DNA of 64,000 nt, from positions 64,001 to 128,000 of the IMG/VR virus record IMGVR_UViG_3300020057_000029; one strand, given 5' to 3'. Position numbers and translations under genes: made by a program. The notes beneath the pieces were generated by a model. That model was given only the letters and a program-made list of their open reading frames with translations. It had not been told where the DNA came from and ran no database searches. The stretch is from a virus. The stretch's first letter is position 1. The number at the start of each line of letters is the position of its first letter. Shown one piece after another: positions 18,801 to 28,132 of the stretch.

Positions 18801-20574
18801 AGAAACTGTTTTCTTCTAATTTTACTATTTTGCTTTTGCAAAATTTGGACAAATCAATCCTGTCCAGCGTTTTGATAACTCTTTTGGGCCAGGGAACAAA
18901 AAGCATGTCATTTTTTTTAAAATTATCAGCAATGCCCCAAGCTCTTGAGTCGATATCCGCTGATTCAAGTCTTCTGATTTTACTCTTATGTGAAGAGCTA
19001 TTTTTATAGAGCTCAGTCTCATGTCTTTTTATTCCTAAAAGTTTGTGATCTTTTGTTAATTTTATAGTTCCCCAACTGAACTCTGATTTGATTTCTAGAA
19101 GTTTTTCCTGTACGTCATAAGCCATTGTGTTTGTCACATGCTTTAAATTTCCAGAATGTCCAATTACCATGTCATTGACTGTAATATCTTCAAGATTTTT
19201 AAGACCCTTGTTCGTAAAAACTTTAGTATCACCGGCAAGGCATCCACGGGCGGGTCCAGTAAGCTGACCGTTGTCAGAGTAGTGCGTCATAATGTCGCAA
19301 ATAGGCAAGAAATAACCAGTCAAATCTTTGTTTGGGTTCTTTACAATAACCTGTATTTCTTCTTTTAAGCGATCAACCCAAACTGGATCATCCCATTTCA
19401 TTCGACCATTCTCTCGGATGATCTCCATAGCCCTTTTGATCTGATTTGGAGTGGAATCCACCAAGCGCCAATCGTACTTAAGAGTTAGGCCATTGAATTG
19501 TTCTGCCCAGCGACCATTCATGGCCAAAAGACCGTCCACGGATGCTGGGTTAAAACCCATTACGTTTGTGAGATAATTGCTAACCTCTTGAGCTGTTTTC
19601 ATATAGAAGCTAGAGTGAATATTATCATTGCCTTCTAAGCGCATGGTTTGTACGATTTTGTCGCCAGCGCTAGCATAATATGCATAGTCGGACACCATCA
19701 AATTGGCACCGTGCTTCCAAGAAAGGGCTTTTAAGAATTTATTCACCGTCAAGATAGCATCGCCGCCTGGAAGAGGCAGAAATCCCTTGTGAATCTTTAC
19801 GGAAGAGATCTTCTTGTTGACCTCGTTAAGCATTTTGTTGGAATAGCTGTTGATCAAAACAAAATGTCCAGATCTTTCTAGATCCTTAGCTTTCATCATC
19901 CTGGCCTTATTGGTCGTAACCATATCAGCCGCAAGCATAGACGTAGATGTTCCGTCATCAAACTTAACTTCAACTACGTTCTGCCACTTCTTTGACATTG
20001 GCTCTACAACAAGGGCACTCCAGACGCGATTGCCAAATATTTCCTTAATCTTTAAAAATACCTGCTCACCCTGAGCAGGCTTTCCCGCTAGAAGAACCTT
20101 CCCAACGATGCAATGCGGGCCACCAAGGACGACAGAAGTATTGAATTGAGCCATGTGCGCAAGATCCGCCCAGGCCCAGAGTTGTTGTTTTTCTTCGCGG
20201 ATTTGCGTGGTCGGGAAATGTTCTTTTGATACATGTTTAGATAACTCCTGATATGCAGTTTGGTCATGGCAATATAGCGAGATTGTGAAATACTTACACC
20301 GATCAGCATCTGAGCCGGTTACGATAGGACATTTAGAATCTTTGAAATAGACTTCGATACCAGGAATAAACTGGATATTGCGTTTTTGAGATTCCGTTGC
20401 TGATTTTGACTTGTCAGGCTTACAAAAACCCATTGCTTTCAGGGAAGATGACAAGTGACCATGGTCAGTATAGGCAAAGTAATCTCTGCCAAGTTCTTTG
20501 GCCTTATCGACAAGTGCTTTTACTGTAGATCCGGTAAGGGGGGATTCTGCATGGCAATGTGGGGAGGCTCGCAT
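15814..20574 (-). CDS. dnaE: DNA polymerase III alpha subunit with a cis intein
   Basis: PHP H.H/TDHG; ARG|intein|SAGGSL; YPDVDSDF; KHASA; LIKYDFL; RPGP; YSFNKSHSVAY. Confidence 0.95.
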   Translation of the reverse strand: MRASPHCHAESPLTGSTVKALVDKAKELGRDYFAYTDHGHLSSSLKAMGFCKPDKSKSATESQKRNIQFIPGIEVYFKDSKCPIVTGSDADRCKYFTISLYCHDQTAYQELSKHVSKEHFPTTQIREEKQQLWAWADLAHMAQFNTSVVLGGPHCIVGKVLLAGKPAQGEQVFLKIKEIFGNRVWSALVVEPMSKKWQNVVEVKFDDGTSTSMLAADMVTTNKARMMKAKDLERSGHFVLINSYSNKMLNEVNKKISSVKIHKGFLPLPGGDAILTVNKFLKALSWKHGANLMVSDYAYYASAGDKIVQTMRLEGNDNIHSSFYMKTAQEVSNYLTNVMGFNPASVDGLLAMNGRWAEQFNGLTLKYDWRLVDSTPNQIKRAMEIIRENGRMKWDDPVWVDRLKEEIQVIVKNPNKDLTGYFLPICDIMTHYSDNGQLTGPARGCLAGDTKVFTNKGLKNLEDITVNDMVIGHSGNLKHVTNTMAYDVQEKLLEIKSEFSWGTIKLTKDHKLLGIKRHETELYKNSSSHKSKIRRLESADIDSRAWGIADNFKKNDMLFVPWPKRVIKTLDRIDLSKFCKSKIVKLEENSFFYSMSKDSLNIFECKRWFEFDEITAKIIGRWIGNGWIKQEKNHACWGIAYHSDDLDGINELSEWAKSLGLSVSFVKHKTKKLVQALVYGETLSGLFKHLFPEYKYKSHAKYLGQFLDLNDSLLKNLLIGLFDADSHMSRNFKRGIAREHMRSTSDTMIGELKLALLYLKIPSSVNTRKSYRYVNCGKICRESYKITFEGLKTPKSKTLLENEDGYMAKITSVSETSENRVFDITVEDDHSYTTSNYAVHNSAGGSLFCYLLGITQVNPIKYGLSFPRFLSNDRLANGDYPDVDSDFADRELLVGKDAKSGYLYGKYGNRAAQISTRHTLRLKSTIKDTNRYFKGKVEPAIESLTDGLPDPPQGVTDSQFVFGYENDGAHVPGLIEISDELKKYVTERPEEWAIVSRAMGITRAFSKHASAFVLSDIPIRDIVPTKEGNITQYEAKACEQAGLIKYDFLVVKNLKDIEVCLNLINKKHGKKPKTGYFTHKGTETYVWDLPEDLEAHRSIWTGSTETIFQISTKAMIPFVKEIKPESVEDISTILALVRPGPLDYIDPKTGRSMAEEYYWRRQGRSTPDLPELAALIPESYGIIVFQEQSLKISKELGGMTPSDAEKLRRLFSKKLKVEALNMKPVFMSTAVPKIGQEKADKIWDMMETSSRYSFNKSHSVAYAMISYAGVFLKHYYPLEWWAAVLTNADEKEITGEFWSYVKDLMMPPDINLSTDTMVVDHSLGKIRSKLGIIRGLGDATIDPIVSGRPYKDIADYVNKEVAGPSLTHKLIHVNVLDSLFPPTANLAEKLLAYENAVQNKIYRDKVAKAESEGRKFRGLAPTGATLPEKYMNLHPLQDAAMRKSVLPSMPIDTTSLGARFSKVLVSHGREIVVMSANGHETSLVSGAELERLDLIDPCKVTKDIYVAATCYVIDAKKFDFSKNTKSALKLILDCDGYISEKVLWPQYDSGILIYPPELKKGAIATFFFKKRVAKKDMSIMSVTVEG
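18052..19242 (-). mobile_element. Intein (397 aa) with a LAGLIDADG homing endonuclease
   Basis: Starts CLAGDT, block B LTKDH, IGRWIGNG and LIGLFDADS, ends VFDITV..HSY....AVHN followed by Ser. Confidence 0.92.
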
Positions 20575-20674
20575 TAAAAATACCTCTCAACATACTCAAC
20601 AAGATTGTGAACCAGTTCTTTAGTGATATCTGTTTTTAAGAACCCCAAGGTTCTATTACGTCTAGGACGGCTTT

Positions 20675-20932
20675 TCATTTCTTCAATTCTCCAGCGTAGT
20701 CTATGAAGGCTTTTATCACAGCTTCACGCGCTTTTCCTTCATATTCTGGCTCAGAATAGTGCCAACCAAAGGTTAGAACACTGCTTCTGTCGCCACTTAA
20801 ATCTAAAATCAATTCGTGACACCCATAGCTGTGGCTGTAGAAGTAATGGTTATCAGGACATTTCTCACTACCATCCTCGCTTAAGTCGCCAGATTTAATC
20901 AGCTCTTTCTTGCAGAAAGGACATGTGTTCAT
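20675..20932 (-). CDS. Zn-ribbon hypothetical protein (shorter than the ORF track call)
   Basis: MNTCPFC...CPDNH; AGGA RBS. Confidence 0.5.
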   Translation of the reverse strand: MNTCPFCKKELIKSGDLSEDGSEKCPDNHYFYSHSYGCHELILDLSGDRSSVLTFGWHYSEPEYEGKAREAVIKAFIDYAGELKK

Positions 20933-21059
20933 AACATCCTGCTGGAAATGAACAGTAAAGCGCAGATTGCCGATACCGCTATACAGTGGTGACCTGTATA
21001 GTGCTGTACCCCAGCATATACTCCAGCCAACAATAGAATGTCCACGAGCATCGCGGTGT

Positions 21060-21257
21060 TCATTTTTTATCCATACAGTCTTTGCGGGCATATCTTTGAC
21101 ACACATCTTGCCCAGTATCGCTGTCCTCATAGCATACCATGATAGCTTGACGCCTACAACGCTCTTCCTTGTTTATCTCTGGGGTCAAAGGAACTGGCTT
21201 GACAATCTCAACAGGTGAGCATGATGTAAAAAGCAGGATTGTGAGCAAGTATTTCAT
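21060..21257 (-). CDS. Putative lipoprotein
   Basis: MKYLLTILLFTSC lipobox-like N-terminus. Confidence 0.55.
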   Translation of the reverse strand: MKYLLTILLFTSCSPVEIVKPVPLTPEINKEERCRRQAIMVCYEDSDTGQDVCQRYARKDCMDKK

Positions 21258-21439
21258 TTTATTTTCCAGATTTCATAATGCTTTTTCCAACGCATTTTCA
21301 TAATATTAGAAAATTTTCGTTTAGAAGACCTACCTTTATACTTATGGATAGCATGAGCCACAGTGTCATTAAACGTAACAACCTTCATCGTAACACCTAA
21401 ATCTTCTACAGTCAATAGACTGCCGCTTTCCAAGCTCAT
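21254..21439 (-). CDS. Hypothetical protein
   Basis: Overlapping start and stop with neighbours. Confidence 0.5.
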   Translation of the reverse strand: MSLESGSLLTVEDLGVTMKVVTFNDTVAHAIHKYKGRSSKRKFSNIMKMRWKKHYEIWKIK

Positions 21440-22068
21440 TCAGCCTCTAAAAGAGCAATAATATCTTGCCCACTAGAGTTTTGTTTCTTAGATTTCATTA
21501 GGTCAAGCACGGCCTTATATACGTCCAAACACATTAGGGTATCTTCTTTAGCATTGTGAGCTTCGCGCTTAGGCAGTCCAAGATAGTCCACGATAGGGCC
21601 AAGGGAAGCTGCCGTTGAAGGCCACCATCCTGAAGAGATGAAGAGCTCTGCCCAGTGCATTGTGTCTTTGCCTTTATGATGTACCAGGGCGGACCACTCG
21701 TCTTTTGGTATCAAATATTCCCAAATAAAATTAAGGTCAAATTGATAGTTTTGACCCAAAACCTTGAGATTGGACCAGCGACCGTTCTTCTTGAGGTATT
21801 TTTTGAGCAAATGTAAGATCAACACCTTAGCCTCTGCATACGTAACAAGGTCTGGACGTGCAAGATGGTCCTGTAAGTTAATACCATTCACCCTCAGGGC
21901 ACCCGCTTCAGCAACAGGGATGCGCCCGTCATTTGGCTTGAGAGCCAAGTTAAGCTCATCTACGATCTTCATGTCCTCATCTACAACGCACATATAGAAT
22001 GTGAGCATGTCGGCCTTCTTTTCGTCTAAGCCGCCTGTTTCTGAGTCTAGTGGTATCAAATAATTCAT
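21436..22068 (-). CDS. DEDDh 3'-5' exonuclease (DnaQ-like)
   Basis: LDSETGG, GQN.QFD, HNAKED motifs. Confidence 0.85.
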   Translation of the reverse strand: MNYLIPLDSETGGLDEKKADMLTFYMCVVDEDMKIVDELNLALKPNDGRIPVAEAGALRVNGINLQDHLARPDLVTYAEAKVLILHLLKKYLKKNGRWSNLKVLGQNYQFDLNFIWEYLIPKDEWSALVHHKGKDTMHWAELFISSGWWPSTAASLGPIVDYLGLPKREAHNAKEDTLMCLDVYKAVLDLMKSKKQNSSGQDIIALLEAE

Positions 22069-22099
22069 TTTATCCTCTTTTCCGTCACCCGATATAAAA

Positions 22100-22582
22100 C
22101 TATCCCTTGGGATTTGCTGGCGTTTTCAACCAGGTCTTACACCCAAGACATGTTACTTCAAAATCGTGTTCAGTTACAGGAGCATTGTAGTCACTGTTTC
22201 CACAGGGAGACGGTGCGTCAAGCCCTGGTAATACCAGGTGAACCAAAGGTCGTTGGTTTAAAATGTCCCTTAGTTGTTGATTTTCGCCCTTTGATTCCTC
22301 AAGAATTTTTGTAAAAGCAGGGTCTTTAAACAATAAGGAAATATCATCAGGCACCAAAGAAGAGGGCTCATTGGTGTCGGTTCTGCACTTGAAAACAGCT
22401 TGCTTAAGCTTGTCTTGGATTTCACTTACATCTACAATGGTCTTATCATTGGTATAGCCAGCTTTCATAAGCTGGTTTAGAATATAATTGCCAGTATTTG
22501 GACGCACCTTAAGATCTGGATAGAAAACTTCTATAGCATTGTTTATAATACTCTCAGCGTCTTTTTTGTGTTTTTGACTCAT
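22100..22582 (-). CDS. Hypothetical protein with a C-terminal Zn-binding motif
   Basis: VH...PCG...VTCLGC. Confidence 0.55.
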   Translation of the reverse strand: MSQKHKKDAESIINNAIEVFYPDLKVRPNTGNYILNQLMKAGYTNDKTIVDVSEIQDKLKQAVFKCRTDTNEPSSLVPDDISLLFKDPAFTKILEESKGENQQLRDILNQRPLVHLVLPGLDAPSPCGNSDYNAPVTEHDFEVTCLGCKTWLKTPANPKG

Positions 22583-23232
22583 CGGTGTTTATCCTCTTTG
22601 ATCTCCAAGACTGCTCCGCGAGCGCCATGAGAATCTCTATTATGGTCTTCCACCACGTTTTTGTCAAGATCTATAATTTTCAGCACACCTTTGTACCAAA
22701 CACAAAGTATACCTGTTTTCTTGGTTCCTACCAGGGTGTCACCGCGCTCTATAGCATCTGCACGGTCCAGCTTCTCCTGTTGCTGCAAACGGCCTAAATT
22801 TGCTAACTTATCGCAGCGCTCATTGTGTTCATTGCCATTGTGACCACGCACCCATTCGGTTTTACAATTAGTAAAATCTACAAGTGCCCGCAGTTCTTTG
22901 TATTTTTCGATTTTTTCTTGTTGTTTGAAGGAAAATTTGCCAGAAGTCCAGCCAAGCACAAGTTGTGAGTCTGATTTAACAGTTACTACAGGGGGTACTA
23001 TTCCTGCAACTTCAAGCAGGCCCAAGACTGGGCCGACTCTGAGGATAATCCTGTCAATAGCGGCCTTAAGCCCTTGAATAACAGCTTCCATCTCCGCATC
23101 ATTGTTGGTGGCGTTTGGCATATAGCCATTACCTTCGGAGTGTTTTACACCATCTACGATCAGCACAAACCCATATCCGCCAGGTTTGTCTGCCGTAGTA
23201 GCAGACCCGTCAGTAAATACTTCTATATGCAT
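22579..23232 (-). CDS. rnhA: Ribonuclease HI
   Basis: VFTDGS, TNNDAE, SDSQLV, WVRGHNGNEHNERCDKLA. Confidence 0.93.
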   Translation of the reverse strand: MHIEVFTDGSATTADKPGGYGFVLIVDGVKHSEGNGYMPNATNNDAEMEAVIQGLKAAIDRIILRVGPVLGLLEVAGIVPPVVTVKSDSQLVLGWTSGKFSFKQQEKIEKYKELRALVDFTNCKTEWVRGHNGNEHNERCDKLANLGRLQQQEKLDRADAIERGDTLVGTKKTGILCVWYKGVLKIIDLDKNVVEDHNRDSHGARGAVLEIKEDKHR

Positions 23233-23249
23233 CTATAGAGTGTATATCA

Positions 23250-23462
23250 CTATTCAGACATTTTCAAGCGTAATTGTGCGATTGATTCTTGGTATATTGC
23301 TTCGATTTCTTCTTCAGTCATGAGCAACACTCTGGCGATAACGGTGTTCTCTACACCATCTGGATTTTTAGACATAAATTTAGAAAGGGAATTGCTCATC
23401 TTAGGGCAACGGATATAGTCCTCTTCTTCGACAATCTTTTTTACAATTTCAATTTTATCCAT
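23250..23462 (-). CDS. Stand-alone sigma70 region-4-like HTH protein (70 aa)
   Basis: IARVLLMTEEEIEAIYQESIAQLR resembles sigma 4.2; probable ATG at 23462. Confidence 0.5.
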   Translation of the reverse strand: MDKIEIVKKIVEEEDYIRCPKMSNSLSKFMSKNPDGVENTVIARVLLMTEEEIEAIYQESIAQLRLKMSE

Positions 23463-23844
23463 TTTCTTGCTTTCCAAAATTAATGTACAAAATGTTGTTG
23501 TCCAATCTGTGCATGAGTTCTTTGTGGTTGTCCTGGGCCTTTTTGAGCAGATCTGTCGCCTTCTTGAATTCATGGCCAATCTTAACGCGTTCGTTGCTAA
23601 CCTGCAAGCGTTTTACTGAAACCTTTGCGAGATCTTGCTTAGTTTTTACGTATTCTTTAACCAGGGTAATAATTTTGTCCTGCTTTAAAGTGTCTATGTT
23701 GTCTTGAAGAACGTATTCGTTGAATTCTAAAGCAGCGAGCTCTTTATCCAAAGCCTCTAGCTGAATCAGATAAGTGCGCTCGCGAATCTCAAGATCCTTT
23801 ATCACTCGTTCCGATTTTTCCACTTCTTCTGTGCGACCAGCCAT
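23455..23844 (-). CDS. Coiled-coil hypothetical protein
   Basis: Heptad-rich sequence. Confidence 0.6.
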   Translation of the reverse strand: MAGRTEEVEKSERVIKDLEIRERTYLIQLEALDKELAALEFNEYVLQDNIDTLKQDKIITLVKEYVKTKQDLAKVSVKRLQVSNERVKIGHEFKKATDLLKKAQDNHKELMHRLDNNILYINFGKQENG

Positions 23845-23845
23845 A

Positions 23846-25063
23846 TCAGTCTAACTGAATCAGAAATCGCTTGTAAAAGGAGGTCTTACGCTTAATAGAA
23901 TCAGACTTGGTACGTTCAATGTAAAAGTTAAGGGTCTGAGATGGCTCACAGTCAAATCCAAGAACTGTGCTAAACCCGTCATTTCCTGGTACATTGCCGT
24001 TGATTACAATCTTGCCAATCCCAGTTTCCATCGGCTCATGGAAATGACCGCCACGGATAAAGGTAACAGGCTTCTTGAGCTGGTTGATACGCTTGGACAT
24101 CAAAGATTCGATACCCTGAGCCTTATTGGAACCTTTTACGTTATCGTAATGCTCATAAACCACGCCTTCACCGTAGATCTCTAGATACTGATAAGGTTCA
24201 ACTGGAATGTGCCATTTAACGTTATTAAGTTTTGCTAGTTTTCCAAACTCTTCTAGGGTCTTATAGATGATCCAGGTTACGTTTTCTTCGCCTACATTGA
24301 CAAAGGTACGGTGTTCTTGGGTTCTATCGTGATTACCGGCAACTCCTACTGCGTCTACAGTAGCACCTAATTGTTTCGCTGCCAAAACAATTGGAGCGTA
24401 TAAAAGGTGGAACATTTGAGTGATAGCTTCCTGAATTTGTTTGGAATTTCCGAATTCACAACCTTGAGCACTTTCTACACCGTGCATTGTAGCGGATTCG
24501 ATCAAGTCTCCGATAAAAGCCAAAATTACCCTATCGATCTTGTAGTGTTCTGCTGCCCTTTGCATCTCTTTGATGGTTGTGTCGGCAACCTGCTTCAGGC
24601 GGCGTTTCAGGACTTCATGATTAAACGTCTTGGTGAGCTTGCCAACGTGAACGTCGGATATAAGGAGCTCAAGAGTCATGCTCTTCCTGTTCCTGCCAGG
24701 GTGAGGCAATTTGAGAGGCTTAGCGGTGATCTTAGCTACTTCTTTGGAAGCGGCCTTCACGGCGTCCAGGATGCCTTCGCGGTTTTCCCACTCTACCAGA
24801 ATCTTCTGGAGATCCTTGGAGTTTAAAGAGTTAGACTTGCGTGTTCTGGCTACATCACGGAAAATCTTAACATATTCGCCATCGTTTTCCACACGATCTC
24901 GACTACGCTGATAGCCAGATTTAACGGCCTCTAAGCTCTTGTCTTTTCTGAACTTTTTGTTAAACTTTTCTGTAATATCCGCCCAGGTCAGGCTTGGGTT
25001 TTCTTTTTGCGTAACGAGATATACAATCTCAGCGTCTGTAAACTTTTCTACTATAACCATCAT
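23846..25063 (-). CDS. Calcineurin-like metallophosphoesterase with an N-terminal HTH
   Basis: SDVHVG, GDLIE, GNHDR, GGHFH; N-terminal TWADITEKFN. Confidence 0.8.
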   Translation of the reverse strand: MMVIVEKFTDAEIVYLVTQKENPSLTWADITEKFNKKFRKDKSLEAVKSGYQRSRDRVENDGEYVKIFRDVARTRKSNSLNSKDLQKILVEWENREGILDAVKAASKEVAKITAKPLKLPHPGRNRKSMTLELLISDVHVGKLTKTFNHEVLKRRLKQVADTTIKEMQRAAEHYKIDRVILAFIGDLIESATMHGVESAQGCEFGNSKQIQEAITQMFHLLYAPIVLAAKQLGATVDAVGVAGNHDRTQEHRTFVNVGEENVTWIIYKTLEEFGKLAKLNNVKWHIPVEPYQYLEIYGEGVVYEHYDNVKGSNKAQGIESLMSKRINQLKKPVTFIRGGHFHEPMETGIGKIVINGNVPGNDGFSTVLGFDCEPSQTLNFYIERTKSDSIKRKTSFYKRFLIQLD

Positions 25064-25102
25064 GCCTCCAACGCGTTGTCATTAAAGATTCGGACAGGAC
25101 TG

Positions 25103-25139
25103 TAGATTCCGCTAAACACAGTATATTCAGCGGAATCTA
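25103..25139. terminator. Hairpin, possible terminator
   Basis: TAGATTCCGCT/AGCGGAATCTA inverted repeat just downstream of ORF 25150-25719. Confidence 0.45.
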
Positions 25140-25149
25140 ACGTGTTTAT

Positions 25150-25719
25150 TTACGCGTTGCTCTGAGCAGCTTCTTCAGCTTTAGGTTCAGACGGCGCTTC
25201 TGCTTCTTGGGCTGCTGGTTCTGGAGCGTTGATTTTGTAAGTTTCTAGAATTTCAAAACGAAGCTTTCCTTCTTCTACGATAACAATATCACCTGGCTTA
25301 GATGATTTGATTTTCTCTTGTGTAGTCAAAGGCATTGCCTTGAGCGTAAACTGTAGGCGGGGATTTACCACCGTACCGTCTTGGTCAATTTCTCGACCAA
25401 CAACGAAAGAGTTTTCTTGAACAACTTCTTCAGCAGTCAAAACACCGTTTTTAACTAGATTGTCAATTTTGTCTTTGAGATCTTCAATGTTGTTTTCGAT
25501 CATTACCTTTGCAATATCATCATCTTTCATGCCACCCAATTTAGCCACAGCATCAAGTTTGTTACCAAGTAGCTTAACAGCTTCTTTGATAGTCAAAACA
25601 TCGCGTGCAATGTTATCGGCAGTATGATAGAGGCTCATGAAAGCGTTTTCAAGAGATTCGATACGTTGAGCTGCAGTTTTCTTGCTTACAGCGGGGTCTT
25701 GTTGTTTGTTCGGGGTCAT
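25150..25719 (-). CDS. Hypothetical protein
   Basis: AAGGAG RBS. Confidence 0.65.
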   Translation of the reverse strand: MTPNKQQDPAVSKKTAAQRIESLENAFMSLYHTADNIARDVLTIKEAVKLLGNKLDAVAKLGGMKDDDIAKVMIENNIEDLKDKIDNLVKNGVLTAEEVVQENSFVVGREIDQDGTVVNPRLQFTLKAMPLTTQEKIKSSKPGDIVIVEEGKLRFEILETYKINAPEPAAQEAEAPSEPKAEEAAQSNA

Positions 25720-25747
25720 TTTGTTCTCCTTAGAATTGTTATATCAC

Positions 25748-26704
25748 TTAACTTAGTTTTTGAGCGTTCATTAACGCCATGATTGCTGATACTGTACCTG
25801 TTTTGTCTGCTTCTGTTGCTCGTATGTTGGCCAACATTTCTTCTTGATGCGAGGTGGGCATTGGAATAGCGTTAGCAGGAGGCCTGGCCTTCAACGCGCT
25901 CTGACGTTCGTGCATACGTTGCATTCGAGCGGCTTTCTCTTCTTCTGTCATTTTTTCAACAGGCTTGCCGATAGGTTTTTCTGACTCTGGGGGTAACCCA
26001 AGAAGCTCTTCTGGACTTCGTTTAGCTGCTACTTTTCTTTTAAGTGGAGCGCTAGGGCCTTTTGCCAATGGCTGAGATTTTTGCGTTGGTCTGCTAGAAG
26101 TCATCGGTTTGATACCAGTGCGTTTAGCAGGAGCTTGAACTGGGGCCACATATTGCTCAGGCTGTTCTTCTTCTGTTTTTCCGCCCGACATCTTAGACGC
26201 TAGTTGTCTCAAAAGCATAACTTCAAGCTGATTAAACTGAGCGGCCATAGCAGAATTATGATCGGCATAGGCTTGCATAGCCTTCTCTTGTCGCATACCA
26301 AGCATGATCTCCATTCGCTCTTTGGCAAATTTCTTGATCTCGCGTTGCACGCTTTTTACGGCACGTTCATCTGCGTCGGTTTCGCCAAAGAGATCGCTGT
26401 TCATAACAAGCTCGTATAGACGACCCTGTTCTAGACGAAGTCTGGCATCTGACAACACTTCTGAGTAATCTTCTTCTTCGTCTTCTCCGTATTCTTCGTA
26501 TTCTTCAGCCACTTCTTCTACTGCTTCTTCTACTTGCCGACCCTGCTGTGCCTGTACAATGAGCTGTTCGCGAGTCATGCTTGTTTTAGGCATATACATG
26601 GGTGCAGCGCCCTGGCCCTGTACCGGATGATCTAGGCTTACTTCGTCTGGAATGTCTCGGAACTCTTCGTTCTCTTCGTCGTTCCAATTAAATTTGTTTG
26701 ACAT
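25748..26704 (-). CDS. Low-complexity acidic/basic hypothetical protein
   Basis: AGGAG RBS; 318 aa ORF. Confidence 0.65.
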   Translation of the reverse strand: MSNKFNWNDEENEEFRDIPDEVSLDHPVQGQGAAPMYMPKTSMTREQLIVQAQQGRQVEEAVEEVAEEYEEYGEDEEEDYSEVLSDARLRLEQGRLYELVMNSDLFGETDADERAVKSVQREIKKFAKERMEIMLGMRQEKAMQAYADHNSAMAAQFNQLEVMLLRQLASKMSGGKTEEEQPEQYVAPVQAPAKRTGIKPMTSSRPTQKSQPLAKGPSAPLKRKVAAKRSPEELLGLPPESEKPIGKPVEKMTEEEKAARMQRMHERQSALKARPPANAIPMPTSHQEEMLANIRATEADKTGTVSAIMALMNAQKLS

Positions 26705-27344
26705 CTAATGCTCCTGTTTTGCGAAGATGGTAGCTGTATGCTATCAATAGCGCATCTGCCGTATCTTCGTCTTTTTTTCTTAAGGGGGTTGAGAGAAAAC
26801 TACCAAAGACTTCGTTAGCTCTTCGTATATTGATATGCTTTCTGCTTAACCTGCCTATGCGCTTGCCATTTTCATCATAGGCAATGTTAGTGCCCTTTTT
26901 CTCTTTGTATTTCTTAACATCATCGTTGTGCTTCCTTTCGCTCCTGGTCATCTTACACCCAGTCTCTCTACGCCACACCTCGGTCATGGTGTACACATTC
27001 TTAATACTAGTGTCCTTTACATATCTTGCCACAAGGAAGTGTATAAACTCAAGGATTTTTTGTGAATGTGCGCTTTTTGATCCACCAGCTGTTTCTTCAA
27101 TAATCAAAACATCTGGGTGTAGCTCTTCTATAAGAGCTTCAATTTTACCAAAACATATATAGGCCCAGTCTACAAATGAAGCAGGATAGGGTCCATCGGG
27201 TCTTTCAATCTTAGGAACTTGACCATAGCGCTCAAGATCGTATGTATCATCTTGACTGACAATGAGAGCCCAGCCGGTCTTGGTACTGATATCCAAAGAC
27301 AGGACTCGTTCTTGTCGATGGGATTGAGTTCCAGAGAGGGTCAC
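26688..27344 (-). CDS. RuvC-like Holliday junction resolvase
   Basis: VLSLDISTKTGWA, PDVLIIEE, DEDTADALLIA. Confidence 0.8.
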   Translation of the reverse strand: MTLSGTQSHRQERVLSLDISTKTGWALIVSQDDTYDLERYGQVPKIERPDGPYPASFVDWAYICFGKIEALIEELHPDVLIIEETAGGSKSAHSQKILEFIHFLVARYVKDTSIKNVYTMTEVWRRETGCKMTRSERKHNDDVKKYKEKKGTNIAYDENGKRIGRLSRKHINIRRANEVFGSFLSTPLRKKDEDTADALLIAYSYHLRKTGALDVKQI

Positions 27345-27616
27345 GCGCCGCCTTTTTCCTTAACCATCTCGATCAAATACTTGATTTTAAGTTCGTTTTC
27401 CTTGATACCATCAAGATAAGGGCCTTTAAGCTCTTTCAAAAGCTCTTTAGCTTCATCGATCTTTTGGTTGTCGTCCATTGCAGTCTGGATCTCGTCGTTA
27501 TTTTTAACGAGCTTGGTCAAACGAGCGTTCATGTCCGTTACGCTCATGCCATTCGCTTCTTCAACGAAAGTTGGGTACTTCTTCTCTACTTCACGCTTTG
27601 CTTTAAAACTATCCAT
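27341..27616 (-). CDS. Small helical hypothetical protein
   Basis: GAGGAG RBS. Confidence 0.6.
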   Translation of the reverse strand: MDSFKAKREVEKKYPTFVEEANGMSVTDMNARLTKLVKNNDEIQTAMDDNQKIDEAKELLKELKGPYLDGIKENELKIKYLIEMVKEKGGA

Positions 27617-27812
27617 ACAGTAACTCCTCTATTGTTATATTCTTACCATAAATTTTTTGTAACCTGTCCTTGACAATACAATCCGAACAGAATTTATGCT
27701 CAACAGCATTTTCAAGGACAATCTCCGTTTGCCATCCACTATCTTTATCACGGCGATGGACTATTGTTAGGGTTTTATTTCTAACCGGAACTTTCATATA
27801 TTCAATTTTCAT
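27609..27812 (-). CDS. Hypothetical protein
   Basis: Overlapping operon ORF. Confidence 0.5.
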   Translation of the reverse strand: MKIEYMKVPVRNKTLTIVHRRDKDSGWQTEIVLENAVEHKFCSDCIVKDRLQKIYGKNITIEELLYG

Positions 27813-28132
27813 ACACCGAAAATCTCTGGATCGGAATACTTACCATCAGTGCTTCTGAATAGCTCTGCGGTATTTGCTGAAGACACCGCAATGATATCTT
27901 GACCAACTACTACAAATTTTAAAACAGTGTTTTCAAATCCTAGCATTCCCTTAGAAGCTCTAGACGCGATCTTGTTGGTGTCAGTGCCTTTAACTTTTCC
28001 CTTGCGGAAATGGCGCGCTAATACTCTGTAATATTCTCTGCCAATCACCACATAGCTTGGATCTGCATTGTGATTTTCTACCATGGCGGTAGCCTGGCTT
28101 TCTATTTCAAGCAAGATCTCTATGGCTTTCAT
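27809..28132 (-). CDS. Hypothetical protein
   Basis: Overlapping operon ORF. Confidence 0.55.
   Translation of the reverse strand: MKAIEILLEIESQATAMVENHNADPSYVVIGREYYRVLARHFRKGKVKGTDTNKIASRASKGMLGFENTVLKFVVVGQDIIAVSSANTAELFRSTDGKYSDPEIFGV

Noticed and set aside
23250-23579. 109-aa ORF as listed in the track
   Set aside because: The extra N-terminus overlaps the upstream gene; the ATG at 23462 is more plausible. Similar over-extensions were trimmed for the ORFs listed as starting at 15817, 21130, 49808, 58102, 61490 and 63107.
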